Source: a virus
Length of the DNA stretch: 64,000 bases
IMG/VR virus record: IMGVR_UViG_3300044490_000250
Location: 1-64,000 of that record
Direction: 5' to 3' (one strand)
Shown piece after piece: positions 63,989 to 64,000 of this stretch. The notes below the pieces were generated by a model. That model had not been told where the DNA came from, did no database searches, and worked only from the letters and a program-made list of their open reading frames with translations. The position numbers and the translations under genes were made by a program. The stretch's first letter is position 1; each line of letters starts with the position of its first letter.

Positions 63989-64000
63989 GGACCTCCGCGA

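Noticed and set aside
1-64000. Prophage, DGR or retron elements
   Set aside because: No integrase, repressor, reverse transcriptase, TR/VR pair or host flanks were recognised.

Overview
The window is most of the genome of a high-GC (roughly two-thirds by eye) tailed dsDNA phage, probably siphovirus-like: it has a tail tube, a frameshifted tail chaperone and a tape measure, and no sheath was seen. There are two convergent arms. The + arm (74-24341) holds replication and recombination genes: SF2 helicase, DnaB, a split primase, dTMP kinase, a UDG-PolA fusion, RecA-like protein, a split Rad50 with Mre11, and an endolysin. The - arm (63988-24520) holds terminase, portal, protease/scaffold, capsid, head-tail and tail genes, holin candidates and a resolvase. 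Three accessory elements stand out. (1) A coupled cassette at 10967-15828 encodes a DUF1559-type prepilin (suggesting an Armatimonadota/PVC-type host), two GH123/DUF4091-like paralogs and a degenerate, anticodon-domain-less glutamyl-tRNA-synthetase paralog. (2) A promoter-to-terminator cassette at 29421-36972 encodes LPS/capsule-type glycan enzymes (GT9, radical SAM, KpsS-like, GT4, HldE-like kinase) and Dam; a second GT9 and a second dTMP kinase sit next to the capsid gene. (3) There are two non-canonical tRNA-like elements and several highly structured intergenic regions. No integrase, repressor or CRISPR array was recognised. All calls come from reading motifs by eye; no searches were run.
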